Positions 26,688 to 35,461 of a DNA stretch of 64,000 nt are shown piece after piece. The notes beneath the pieces are model-generated. The model made no database searches, had not been told where the DNA came from, and was given only the letters and a program-made list of their open reading frames with translations. Position numbers and translations under genes: made by a program. Numbering within the stretch: position 1 is the first letter of the stretch; each line of letters opens with the position of its first letter. Origin of the DNA: a virus (Duplodnaviria > Caudoviricetes); IMG/VR virus record IMGVR_UViG_3300002835_000006; one strand, given 5' to 3'.

Positions 26688-27401
26688 ATGAACGTATCTC
26701 ATGAACACAAAATAATTTGGTGGGCACCAGAGAGGACTGCGACCAAATTGACAGCACAAATACTGAAAAATTTCAATTTTGAATATTTCGTTGGAAAAAA
26801 TGATTGGAAAAAACTCGGTGACCCCTACCATTCCCATCATTTGAACATACCTGAGGGTTGCGAAGATTATAAGATAATTTGTAACATGCGTAATCCTTAT
26901 GACAGAGTTTTGGGATTGTATTTAAATTTTACATCAGTAGGGATAAACTCTGTTTTTAAGAGAGACTCTAAAGAAAAATTTATAAAACGTTTTAATTACT
27001 TTGTTAAAGAACTTTATCATTATGCAATTTTGACTAACAAAATTGTTAATTTAGAAAGAGATAAACCCGTAAAGGATTATATTTCTTCACTGAATTTTGA
27101 AAGTAGAATTCCTGATTTTTTTATAAGAACTGAAAATATGATTGAAGATTTACAAAAAATTGATTTCATAAATCAAAGTGATTTATGGCAATCAGGTAAA
27201 ATTCAAGAAATGATTCACAATAATAATTTTAAAATAAATCGTCCCTTCAGTTTCAATGAAGTTTATTCATTTGAAAGTGCTAATAAGGTCTATCAGTACC
27301 AAAAAAAGTTATTTTTTATTTGTGACTATGACCCATTCTCTTTTACGTTAGATGAAATCAATGATGAAAACAGAAAAAGTTTTTTACATGAAACATTCTG
27401 A
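26688..27401 (+). CDS. sulfotransferase-family-like protein
   Basis: IIWWAPERTATK (PAPS-loop-like); RNPYDRVL..Y; FIRTENM.EDL. Confidence 0.65.
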   Translation: MNVSHEHKIIWWAPERTATKLTAQILKNFNFEYFVGKNDWKKLGDPYHSHHLNIPEGCEDYKIICNMRNPYDRVLGLYLNFTSVGINSVFKRDSKEKFIKRFNYFVKELYHYAILTNKIVNLERDKPVKDYISSLNFESRIPDFFIRTENMIEDLQKIDFINQSDLWQSGKIQEMIHNNNFKINRPFSFNEVYSFESANKVYQYQKKLFFICDYDPFSFTLDEINDENRKSFLHETF

Positions 27402-27421
27402 TTTGAGATATATTTATAGTC

Positions 27422-27913
27422 ATGAGTAAAAGATTTATCGTTTCTGAACAAGAAAAAAACAAAATTAGAAAATTATATCTGATGGAAGAACCAAAGGAGG
27501 ACAGAAAATTTTGTCACAGTGGAAATGTAAAAACTTTGGAAGAAATTATGGGTGATGAGGAAGATGATGATTACATTGATGGTATAAGAATGAGAAAGAA
27601 TGGTGTTCGTGGTTTAGTAGACAAATTAGAACTTTTAAAATCTGTAAGACTTTTGAAAAACGTTTCTGATGGTGGAGTTCATTTAGCAAATCAAATTATG
27701 GATAATTTGAAATCTTACAAACCTTACAACTATTTCGACGAAACCAAGAAAGAGTGTAATAGAGCTATGGATAAAATTATTGAACTTTACAAAGAAAACG
27801 AACACGGAGAAGAATTAGTGAAGGACATCGAAAAGGTTTATACTTTACAAAGTCTAAATCCGAGAGCTAAGGAATTTCTCAAACAATCTTTGAATATAAT
27901 CAAAGGGGAATAA
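27422..27913 (+). CDS. leader-bearing hypothetical protein (EQEKxxI type)
   Basis: MSKRFIVSEQEKNKIRKLY. Confidence 0.8.
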   Translation: MSKRFIVSEQEKNKIRKLYLMEEPKEDRKFCHSGNVKTLEEIMGDEEDDDYIDGIRMRKNGVRGLVDKLELLKSVRLLKNVSDGGVHLANQIMDNLKSYKPYNYFDETKKECNRAMDKIIELYKENEHGEELVKDIEKVYTLQSLNPRAKEFLKQSLNIIKGE

Positions 27914-27969
27914 TTTGGATAATAAAATATTTTTCTTATATTGATGTCCCATATCGGGACATTTTTTTT

Positions 27970-28350
27970 ATGTCAACTCAATCACATATAGACAAAGTGA
28001 ATCTTCAACCGATGTCGATTCCATACCCAACCCATGTCGGAGCACCCAAGATTGAACCCCAAGATTTGACCTCCTTTAAAAAACATGGTTTAAACAAAGT
28101 GGATAGGGTGATGAAGAGAAAATTCACCGAACTTGTTAAAGAGGCAGAAACCCTCCAAAATTCGATTTATTTGCAAGAGGAGGTATATCAGTCAACTTAT
28201 AAATTTGAACCCAAAATTGGGGAGATATATCATTTATACGAAGAGACAGATGGGTCAAAGACCCTCTCTTTAATTGGACCCACCGAATGGTCGAAGTCCT
28301 TTTTGTATTCGGTTGTTTTAAATTCAGATATGACATGGTCTAAGGTGTGA
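27970..28350 (+). CDS. DUF2452-like protein
   Basis: PYPTHVGAPKIEP; YKFEPKIGEIYHLYE; LSLIGPTEW. Confidence 0.75.
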   Translation: MSTQSHIDKVNLQPMSIPYPTHVGAPKIEPQDLTSFKKHGLNKVDRVMKRKFTELVKEAETLQNSIYLQEEVYQSTYKFEPKIGEIYHLYEETDGSKTLSLIGPTEWSKSFLYSVVLNSDMTWSKV

Positions 28351-28525
28351 CCATCCAAAAAAAACGGAAAATTCCTAGAACTAGTATTCTAGTTTTTTTA
28401 TTTATTTAATATTTTATTATTATTCTAAAAGAATAATAATTATTGTCTTATGAGTGAAAATCTTTTTTTTCTCAAAAAATTTTTTTTAATTCTTTTTCGT
28501 ATTTATTGAAAGTAAATTTTATTAT

Positions 28526-28825
28526 ATGGCACAAGAATCGTTTTGGACTGTTCTCATAACTGTTGTTACTGTTTTAGGTTCCGCTAGTGCGTGGAGATTT
28601 TATGAAAAAAGAGCAATGAGAAAAGAAAGGGATGAAGAATTTATACGTCACGATTGCAAAGATAGAATTGCTAAGCTTGAAGTGCTATTACAAGAATCAT
28701 CTAGAGAAAAGGATGAAATGAGAGCCACAATACTAAAACTAACGGAACAAGTTTCTGCGTTAGCGGTAAAAGTTGAATTTTTACAAAGAGAAAACAACGA
28801 ACTTATCAAAACTATCAAAGGGTAA
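28526..28825 (+). CDS. single-TM coiled-coil protein (holin/anti-holin candidate)
   Basis: N-terminal TM (VLITVVTVLGSASAW) then long heptad coil. Confidence 0.6.
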   Translation: MAQESFWTVLITVVTVLGSASAWRFYEKRAMRKERDEEFIRHDCKDRIAKLEVLLQESSREKDEMRATILKLTEQVSALAVKVEFLQRENNELIKTIKG

Positions 28826-28828
28826 TTT

Positions 28829-29113
28829 TTATACGTCCCACCTTACCATAGTTTTTACACTGTAATCTGAAAAGAATAAAGGGATTGCATCTTGAATTAA
28901 AACATCGGCTAATTCTCTGTCTAAAACTTCTTCTGTAATTATATTCCCCAAAATAATTACAGCCTCCACGACAACCGATTTCTGTGTTGGTGAAAAAATA
29001 ACGTTATGAATTTTGATTGTTGTACCTTGACCATACATTTCTTCCACTGCACTTCCTCGATGACCGTTGATGTATAGTTCTAAAAGACGTATGAATCTTC
29101 TTTTCTCATCCAT
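28829..29113 (-). CDS. hypothetical protein
   Basis: 94 aa ORF. Confidence 0.7.
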   Translation of the reverse strand: MDEKRRFIRLLELYINGHRGSAVEEMYGQGTTIKIHNVIFSPTQKSVVVEAVIILGNIITEEVLDRELADVLIQDAIPLFFSDYSVKTMVRWDV

Positions 29114-29151
29114 AATGAGATATTATAGAATAAAAACAGTAAAAAGTAATC

Positions 29152-29283
29152 TTATCTTCCTTGTCCGCGATATGCTTTAGGTCTTGGAGAATGTTTGTTA
29201 TAAGATTTCTTTGCATTTCCACCTTTTCTTTTTCCAAATGTTATTTTTCTTGATGATACTGAAGATTTTGAACCTTTTGCCAT
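29152..29283 (-). CDS. 43-aa basic peptide ending YRGQGR (not in ORF track)
   Basis: MAKGSKSSVSSRKITFGKRKGGNAKKSYNKHSPRPKAYRGQGR; TATTTAT upstream on the minus strand. Confidence 0.7.
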   Translation of the reverse strand: MAKGSKSSVSSRKITFGKRKGGNAKKSYNKHSPRPKAYRGQGR

Positions 29284-29322
29284 AGTTTGAATTTTAAAAT
29301 AAATACCTATATATTTGATATT

Positions 29323-29613
29323 ATGAATTCTCTTTACGAAGAAAAATTAAAGTTATTGTCCAAATATTCTGGAGACACATCAGACGAACTTTTACTTCAT
29401 CTGAAAAGACATTTTCCTGTAACCCAAGTAAATCATGATTGGATGGGGGAGCCTGTAAAATTCATAAAGGTGGATGATAAAACAAGGATATTAAAAGATA
29501 ATAAAAAATATTTGGTCTCTAAAATTTATGATATTGTCCATGAATTATGGGATTCCTTAGGTGAGAGAAAAATTCGAAGGACAATAAAAAAGTATCTCGA
29601 CGGGATTAGTTAA
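29323..29613 (+). CDS. hypothetical protein
   Basis: TATATTTG upstream; 96 aa. Confidence 0.7.
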   Translation: MNSLYEEKLKLLSKYSGDTSDELLLHLKRHFPVTQVNHDWMGEPVKFIKVDDKTRILKDNKKYLVSKIYDIVHELWDSLGERKIRRTIKKYLDGIS

Positions 29614-29631
29614 ATTGATATATTTATAACT

Positions 29632-29838
29632 ATGATAGTTTACACAATACAAGAATTCTGTAGTTATTTACAAAGCGGACATACAGAAGTTGTTACTTAT
29701 GATTTTGTCGATGACATTTATTTTATTTTATTGGATACAAAACCTACCTCCTTCATAATTTCACCTGCAAGATTAGCAGTTGGTTTTACTGCAGCTGAAC
29801 TTGAAGAATGGAAACAATTTTTTTGGGACTCCTTTTAA
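29632..29838 (+). CDS. hypothetical protein
   Basis: ATATTTAT upstream; 68 aa. Confidence 0.6.
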   Translation: MIVYTIQEFCSYLQSGHTEVVTYDFVDDIYFILLDTKPTSFIISPARLAVGFTAAELEEWKQFFWDSF

Positions 29839-29841
29839 AAA

Positions 29842-29873
29842 TTTGACAGTTATTTTTTTTCTCCTTATCTTTG
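29842..29873 (+). promoter_or_regulatory. sigma70 promoter 1 of ncRNA cluster
   Basis: TTTG 29842-45, 20 nt spacer, TATCTTTG 29866-73. Confidence 0.7.
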
Positions 29874-29941
29874 TAAAACAATTCGGGACTTACAGGCGAT
29901 GAAAGATACTCGGTACTCGAATAAAAAAAGCTCTTACAAAT

Positions 29942-29972
29942 TTTGGCGGTCTAAAAAGATTTCTTATCTTTG
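29942..29972 (+). promoter_or_regulatory. sigma70 promoter 2 (tRNA-like gene)
   Basis: TTTG 29942-45, 19 nt spacer, TATCTTTG 29965-72. Confidence 0.7.
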
Positions 29973-29982
29973 TAAGACATTT

Positions 29983-30071
29983 GGTTGAGGTAGCTCAGTA
30001 ACTCTTTAGGGTTTTGGTAGAGCAAGGACCTGAACAGTCTTGTGCCGGTGGTTCGACTCCACCCCCAACCA
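29983..30071 (+). tRNA. atypical tRNA-Phe(GAA)-like gene with D-loop hairpin insertion
   Basis: TAGCTCAG...TGGTAGAGC D-arm; AGGAC-CTGAACA-GTCTT anticodon arm; GGTGG-TTCGACT-CCACC T-arm; GGTTG/CAACC acceptor; no encoded CCA. Confidence 0.7.
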
Positions 30072-30111
30072 CGAAAAAACTCAGATTTTTATCTGAATTT
30101 TCATCAAAGAA

Positions 30112-30143
30112 TTTGGAAGGCATTAAAATCTTTCTTATCTTTG
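30112..30143 (+). promoter_or_regulatory. sigma70 promoter 3 (ncRNA candidate)
   Basis: TTTG 30112-15, 20 nt spacer, TATCTTTG 30136-43. Confidence 0.7.
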
Positions 30144-30147
30144 TAAC

Positions 30148-30455
30148 ATGGACAGCGGAATGTTTACTTGTGGTGGTTCCCCATACTCACCCCGTCTAAC
30201 TTTCTTCTCCGCTTTATAAATCAGAAATACAGAGACGACTAAAACACGGGAGGTTTAGGTGGAAAGGTCATTCCTGTTTAATCCTTGATAAACTAACAAC
30301 CATGTCTTTTTTCGGATGTTTTGTGACACATAATCAAAACAGGATATGTCCAATCCCACGGGGTTCTTTCGGTCTCACCTCCCTATCCGATTAAAAACTT
30401 AGACCACACATTTCTCGACGGAGATATAAGGGGACACGACGGTGTCCCCTTTTTT
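30148..30455 (+). ncRNA. candidate ~300-nt structured non-coding RNA
   Basis: Bounded by promoter and terminator; no ORF of 60 aa or more inside; higher GC than flanks; several complementary blocks. Confidence 0.5.
30429..30455 (+). terminator. intrinsic terminator
   Basis: AGGGGACAC-GACG-GTGTCCCCT then TTTTT. Confidence 0.85.
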
Positions 30456-30486
30456 GTTATCATTTAAATATTTATTATAGAAAAAT

Positions 30487-31656
30487 ATGGCTACTATAAC
30501 TCCCGTTGCGTACAAACCAGTTGGTTCAATACCTGGAACAACTAAAGTTGGAAATTTAATTGCAGGAACAACTCCACAAGATTATGGTGTTGTTGGTGCT
30601 AACTATGGTGTTACGTTTTGGTCAACTCCAGACCAAGATTTAGGATATGTGATTGCTCATGAGGATACAATTGGTTCACACACAGGTAATACAGCATCGG
30701 GAGATGTGTCAGCGTTTGTTGGTTTTTGGAGAAGCGAATTAAAAACTGAAGAGTCATTTATAAGTTTGGCAGAATCCGTTTCTGATTGGGATGATGACCC
30801 TCAAACTTTTTTAGATGGTACTGAAGCTGTAACTTGGTTGAATAACAATGGTTATTGGACCTCATTTACACCCAAAACACCCTACACCGAATTACAAATA
30901 ATTGCAGAATATTTGAGAGGATTCATGCCTGAGTTTAGAAATCCAAGTTTTTATCCTTATCAACTTGATGGGGATGGTTATTATATAAATGATGGAGGTG
31001 GTGACATGTACGACAATGGAAATATTTCTTCTCCTTGGGTTATTTCTAATACTGAATATATAGGCGCTGATGTATATAGCTCAAGTTCGTATCCTTTCGC
31101 CGTAAACTATACTAATTCTGCAACTACAGTAAATTTAGATACAAGCTTCGGATATATAAGTTTAGGTTATCAACAATATCCTGGTGGAGTTCAACCTCTA
31201 ACATATCTACCACTTACGGTTTTGGGTTCAAGAGATAATGATACATTTGGACCTGGACTTCCTGTTGGATTTCAGACAGGTGGTAACTCTGGTGCAGACG
31301 GAGGAGGGACCTTAGCTAGTGGTACAATTTATAGCGGAGCAACTGTGAGTGGATTTACCGTATACGCATTTTTTAGAGAAACTTATAATGCTAGCGACCC
31401 ATCTCACTGTGATTTGTATATTTTGTTGGGACACCCAAGTTGGAACTCAACATTCGGAACAGTTACATCATTTGCTCAACCAACAAACGTTGGTGGATGC
31501 GGAGGTTATTTATATACAACAGGTGCAGGAACAGAAAATATATTGGCAATCAAAACATTATTGAGTAAAAACGGTGGTACGCTTGTTACACAAGCTGAAT
31601 GTCAAACTGTGGTTGATAATTTCGTTATTAGAGTAAAACAATCACAGGGATTTTAA
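30487..31656 (+). CDS. virion adhesin/tail-associated protein candidate
   Basis: G/T/S/Y-rich beta protein; N-terminal FWSTPD...GYVI resembles FWNGIVP..GYTI of ORF 11656; ATATTTAT upstream. Confidence 0.6.
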   Translation: MATITPVAYKPVGSIPGTTKVGNLIAGTTPQDYGVVGANYGVTFWSTPDQDLGYVIAHEDTIGSHTGNTASGDVSAFVGFWRSELKTEESFISLAESVSDWDDDPQTFLDGTEAVTWLNNNGYWTSFTPKTPYTELQIIAEYLRGFMPEFRNPSFYPYQLDGDGYYINDGGGDMYDNGNISSPWVISNTEYIGADVYSSSSYPFAVNYTNSATTVNLDTSFGYISLGYQQYPGGVQPLTYLPLTVLGSRDNDTFGPGLPVGFQTGGNSGADGGGTLASGTIYSGATVSGFTVYAFFRETYNASDPSHCDLYILLGHPSWNSTFGTVTSFAQPTNVGGCGGYLYTTGAGTENILAIKTLLSKNGGTLVTQAECQTVVDNFVIRVKQSQGF

Positions 31657-31684
31657 TATTTATTGGTAAGTAAATTACCAAATT

Positions 31685-31945
31685 ATGAAAAAATTTTTCT
31701 CACAGTTGTTTAACGACGACAACTCAATCAATGAAAAAAGTGTCGTTGGATTCTTAGCTTTTGTCATGATGATTATATTTGCTATTGCAGATATTGTCAC
31801 AGGTACACTTGGAAAAGACCTGATAATAAATGAATTCATTTTCAATTCTTTCCTTTGGTTAGTTTTGGGTTCATTTGGTATAGGTTCGGTCGACAAGTGG
31901 ATAAACAAAACAAAAGGGTCCAACGAAGAAACAACAGAAATTTAA
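31685..31945 (+). CDS. two-TM membrane protein (holin candidate)
   Basis: Two hydrophobic helices, polar C-tail. Confidence 0.6.
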   Translation: MKKFFSQLFNDDNSINEKSVVGFLAFVMMIIFAIADIVTGTLGKDLIINEFIFNSFLWLVLGSFGIGSVDKWINKTKGSNEETTEI

Positions 31946-31948
31946 AAG

Positions 31949-31976
31949 AATCCCCTCCTTAGTGAGGGGATTTTTT
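31949..31976 (+). terminator. intrinsic terminator
   Basis: AATCCCCTC-loop-GAGGGGATT then T-run. Confidence 0.75.
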
Positions 31977-31998
31977 AATTACAATCTATTTATCTCAT

Positions 31999-32874
31999 AT
32001 GTCCAATAAAAGAACGGAATGGGGTTGTAATAGATTTCCAGCATATTCAGAAGAAAGAGATTTCTGTCAACTTGCATCAAAAAAAATAAAATTCAAAGTC
32101 AAGAGTGTAAAAAAACTTTTAGACGATATTGCCTTTATTGTAATAATGGATGTAAATGATGAAATTTCGAAAAAAATCAAGTATGTCAAAGAAGATGATG
32201 AATATTTCACAGAAAATTTTAATAATTTTAGAATTTTAGAAGAGAAACTATCGGAGCAATGCGAATTGAATAAAGAAACGTTTGATGATTTCAGACTCAA
32301 AATATCATCAAAATTTGTTATTCTAAAAGAATTGAATGAAAAATTTGTTTGGGATGAAATGAGTATGTTGGAAACAAATTATTCAGCCTTGGCTTATGTT
32401 TTGACAAAATTTAGAGAAAAAGATAAATCAAAAAATAGTTTTGACTCTTGTTTTCAAAAATACTTTTTGGGGTCTTACATGCAAGACTTACCTGAATCCA
32501 AACAGGATTTAACCATTTTTCAAAAACTTGTATTGAGTTATTTAGCAGATTCTTTGGATGAGTTTGACAACGAAATAATTGAAGGTGTTGTTGATACAAT
32601 CAAAGGTACATATGGAATGGGAAAACGTTCAGAAATAGAAGCCTATGAAGAATTAAAAAATTCTTTTTCAAAAGTAATCAAATTCAGTGGTGACTTTTCT
32701 TTTGCAGATTCTTTAGGAGTTGACTTTTTGATTTTTGATGATGGACTTGGTTGGATACCTGTACAGGTAAAAACTTCATTTATGAATTGTTATAGAAATA
32801 CAAAATTTTGTAATAGTGTGTGTATGGGTAAGGAAAACGGTAGATGGAAAACCCAAACATACGAACAAGAATAA
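31999..32874 (+). CDS. protein with C-terminal PD-(D/E)xK-like nuclease motif
   Basis: SE..AY...D.LGVDFLIF...IPVQVKT. Confidence 0.55.
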   Translation: MSNKRTEWGCNRFPAYSEERDFCQLASKKIKFKVKSVKKLLDDIAFIVIMDVNDEISKKIKYVKEDDEYFTENFNNFRILEEKLSEQCELNKETFDDFRLKISSKFVILKELNEKFVWDEMSMLETNYSALAYVLTKFREKDKSKNSFDSCFQKYFLGSYMQDLPESKQDLTIFQKLVLSYLADSLDEFDNEIIEGVVDTIKGTYGMGKRSEIEAYEELKNSFSKVIKFSGDFSFADSLGVDFLIFDDGLGWIPVQVKTSFMNCYRNTKFCNSVCMGKENGRWKTQTYEQE

Positions 32875-32893
32875 TTTTCCTTATATTTGCCAT

Positions 32894-33106
32894 ATGCCAT
32901 TCGAAAAAAAACCTGAACCTAAACCCATCAAATGGGAAGTTGTCTATGAAGACGAAGATACAATCTCTATATGGAGATACAACTCAAATAAAAACCCAAA
33001 TGGTCCTGTAGAGGTGGAATACAAGTATAAAAGGGGTTATCAACATCCATCCAACAAAAAGAAAAAAACCCTTGGAGATTTGGTCAAAGACTCAAAATCA
33101 AAGTGA
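32894..33106 (+). CDS. small conserved phage protein
   Basis: WEVVYEDED..SIWRY...NGPVEVE.KYK; TATATTTG 32882-89. Confidence 0.7.
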   Translation: MPFEKKPEPKPIKWEVVYEDEDTISIWRYNSNKNPNGPVEVEYKYKRGYQHPSNKKKKTLGDLVKDSKSK

Positions 33107-33730
33107 TTTTAATTTAGTATCGATAATTTTTTTAATGTTTAATAGGGTTTTTTTATCGAAATTTTCGATAACCTTTTCTGTGTTTTCAGACAATAATTTA
33201 AGAATATTATTTTCAACGGACTCAGTATTCAAATCTTTCATAGATTTAACAGATTCAATTTTGAAATTAGTATTATCAGAATCGATAACTTCTCTTTCGA
33301 TTGGGGATTCACTAAAATAATCCCATGAGCCCTCGTTTAAAGAATCGGTGATTGAATCTTCAACCCATTCTTTTTTAAAACATTTCCAATCAGTTTTGTA
33401 ATATTCAACTACATATTCTCTAATACTTACTTGATAGAGAATTTCAAATTCTTCTATTTGAGGTAGTTTGAGACGGCTTGAAATATTTGAATATGACAGG
33501 TTACCATCAATCCAAGATTGTAAAATATGATAGTTGTCAACAATAAATGCACAAATGACTTCCACGTCATATATGTCAATATTAGAGTATCCAAAAAGCT
33601 TCGATACCGATTTAACGATATCATAGTTTGAATCTCTATAGGGCTCATTAAATTTCAAGCCCTTTTCTAAACAGATTTTCGCAATTGTTGCAAGTTCTTT
33701 ACGGTCGGCTATTTCGAATTGAGATTCCAT
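33098..33730 (-). CDS. hypothetical protein
   Basis: 210 aa; GTATTTAT upstream on the minus strand. Confidence 0.75.
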   Translation of the reverse strand: MESQFEIADRKELATIAKICLEKGLKFNEPYRDSNYDIVKSVSKLFGYSNIDIYDVEVICAFIVDNYHILQSWIDGNLSYSNISSRLKLPQIEEFEILYQVSIREYVVEYYKTDWKCFKKEWVEDSITDSLNEGSWDYFSESPIEREVIDSDNTNFKIESVKSMKDLNTESVENNILKLLSENTEKVIENFDKKTLLNIKKIIDTKLKSL

Positions 33731-33743
33731 AACTTATAAATAC

Positions 33744-33771
33744 AAAAAAAGGTGAGATTTCTCTCACCTTT
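33744..33771. terminator. bidirectional intrinsic terminator
   Basis: A-run GGTGAG-loop-CTCACC TTT. Confidence 0.7.
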
Positions 33772-34138
33772 AATAATTCAATTTTTTTTGGAAGTTCTCG
33801 ATGAGTTGAACAATATTATCACGACCAACAGGATTTGCGGAATGAACATTCCAAGTGGGGACAGGGAGTCCATTAGTCCAACAATATTCGCATAACCATT
33901 TAGCACAATCATATCCGGTTTTTTCGTGATATACAAACCCTTGTTTGAACGTTTCAGGGTCATAATGAACATCAGCTAAATCATGGTCAAAGGAAACTTC
34001 TTCAGGTAAACCGTTTTCTTCGATATGTTTTACAAATTCATCGTAGTTTCTGACGACGGTCCAGCCTGTTGTCTTCGGATTTCTCACGTCGTCCAGAAAC
34101 AACTTCACTAATTGACGGTCTTTCAAATTCTTTTTCAT
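33770..34138 (-). CDS. cyclic-phosphate-processing receiver-domain-like protein
   Basis: KLFLDDVRNP; WTVVRNYDEF; EVSFDHDL; TGYDCAKWL; VHSANPVG. Confidence 0.8.
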   Translation of the reverse strand: MKKNLKDRQLVKLFLDDVRNPKTTGWTVVRNYDEFVKHIEENGLPEEVSFDHDLADVHYDPETFKQGFVYHEKTGYDCAKWLCEYCWTNGLPVPTWNVHSANPVGRDNIVQLIENFQKKLNY

Positions 34139-34328
34139 AAGTGTTATTACCCACCCTTTGATAGGCTTCTAAAAGATTGATGATACTAAATTTAATCAAT
34201 TTTTTTATTTCTTTATCCTTTTTTATTACAGGGTGTGACATAAGATACCTGTCCATAATATCTGTAACAAAAAATAATCTGTCGAGAGCTTCGACAAAAT
34301 GTCCATCGTTTATTTTATTCTTTTTCAT
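34038..34328 (-). CDS. hypothetical protein
   Basis: Helical ORF; 3' end overlaps next gene by ~100 nt. Confidence 0.55.
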   Translation of the reverse strand: MKKNKINDGHFVEALDRLFFVTDIMDRYLMSHPVIKKDKEIKKLIKFSIINLLEAYQRVGNNTYEKEFERPSISEVVSGRREKSEDNRLDRRQKLR

Positions 34329-34794
34329 CGGAAATTTTTGCAATTAAATTATCATCAGATTCAATAACCATGCTAAAAATACTACCTGTACTAAAATTCA
34401 ACTCTGAGTCAGTAATTTCTGAATCCCAATATAGGTCATTAGAGACGAATCCTGACTCTTCTTCTTCGGTCAAGGGTTCTTCCCACTCAATGTTGGTAAT
34501 GTCAACCTCGCCATCTGTAGTTGTTTCTATTGAAAGGTCAGGAAAATCTACATCTTGCATCTCAGTCAATTCCTTGGTTTCGAGTAATTCTATTAGTTCT
34601 GAAACAGTAAATTGTTCACAGACAAGACTAGCACCTCTCCAAGTAGTTTCTGAATCACAGGTGAATTTTTTATCAAATTTCGAACCTGTATGATAACAGA
34701 CCTCTAATAAAGATTTTCGATAAAGGTCGATTGTCACCTTTACGGTCGATTCAGGGCCAAGTTTTTTTAATTCGATTACAGCATTTTCATTCAT
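34315..34794 (-). CDS. acidic hypothetical protein
   Basis: 159 aa, operon-coupled. Confidence 0.7.
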   Translation of the reverse strand: MNENAVIELKKLGPESTVKVTIDLYRKSLLEVCYHTGSKFDKKFTCDSETTWRGASLVCEQFTVSELIELLETKELTEMQDVDFPDLSIETTTDGEVDITNIEWEEPLTEEEESGFVSNDLYWDSEITDSELNFSTGSIFSMVIESDDNLIAKISDEKE

Positions 34795-35461
34795 AGTCTA
34801 TTTGTTTAGTTTCCGTATCAAAAATAATTTTTATTGGTTCATTTTCATATTGATACCTCTCATTCAAAACTGAGGCGTTTAAAAATTCAACACCAAAAAA
34901 ATTTTTTTGACCATACGCCCAATGGATATGACCACAAACGTGAATTTTTGGTTGTACTTCCATAACCCTATTGAATAGGTCTTTACAACCCACGAGTTCT
35001 CCTTGAGGAGTATGGTCGAGCATTCCATGTGCGGGTCCATGAGTAATAAGAACATCAGTGTTACCAGGTATCTTCTTCCATTTTTCTGCCAACTTTTCTC
35101 CTCTTGGAAGATTGAAAGCCCAATTATAAAATTCAGGTTGCCAAGGACTACCATAAAATTTGACACCATCGATTACTACTTCACTATCGAATAGATAATG
35201 AACACCCTTTTCTTTGTATTCAGGAGCAATATCCTGAACAACCTCAAAACCAAAATCATGATTACCTGCGATAAAGATTTTGTGAGTGTAATCTGTATTT
35301 GAGAACCAATCAAGAAAATCCTTGATTTCACCAACTTTTCCAAGATTAGAAATATCCCCAGCGTGAATTATACAGTCCCCGCTTCCGAGTATGTTATTAT
35401 ACGCCTTGGAGGTTAGGTATTTATGTTTACCATGAGTGTCACTTATAAAGGTCATTCTCAT
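34787..35461 (-). CDS. calcineurin-like metallophosphoesterase
   Basis: ISDTHG; IHAGD; FIAGNHD; LITHGP; HVCGHIH. Confidence 0.9.
   Translation of the reverse strand: MRMTFISDTHGKHKYLTSKAYNNILGSGDCIIHAGDISNLGKVGEIKDFLDWFSNTDYTHKIFIAGNHDFGFEVVQDIAPEYKEKGVHYLFDSEVVIDGVKFYGSPWQPEFYNWAFNLPRGEKLAEKWKKIPGNTDVLITHGPAHGMLDHTPQGELVGCKDLFNRVMEVQPKIHVCGHIHWAYGQKNFFGVEFLNASVLNERYQYENEPIKIIFDTETKQIDYE

Noticed and set aside
30148-30455. Group I intron, tmRNA or RNase P identity for the ncRNA candidate
   Set aside because: GACGACTAAA and GATATGTCC only loosely echo group I R/S elements; P7 pairing is incomplete, there is no room for P4-P6 and no host gene is interrupted. tmRNA acceptor/T-arm ends and RNase P P4 motifs are absent.
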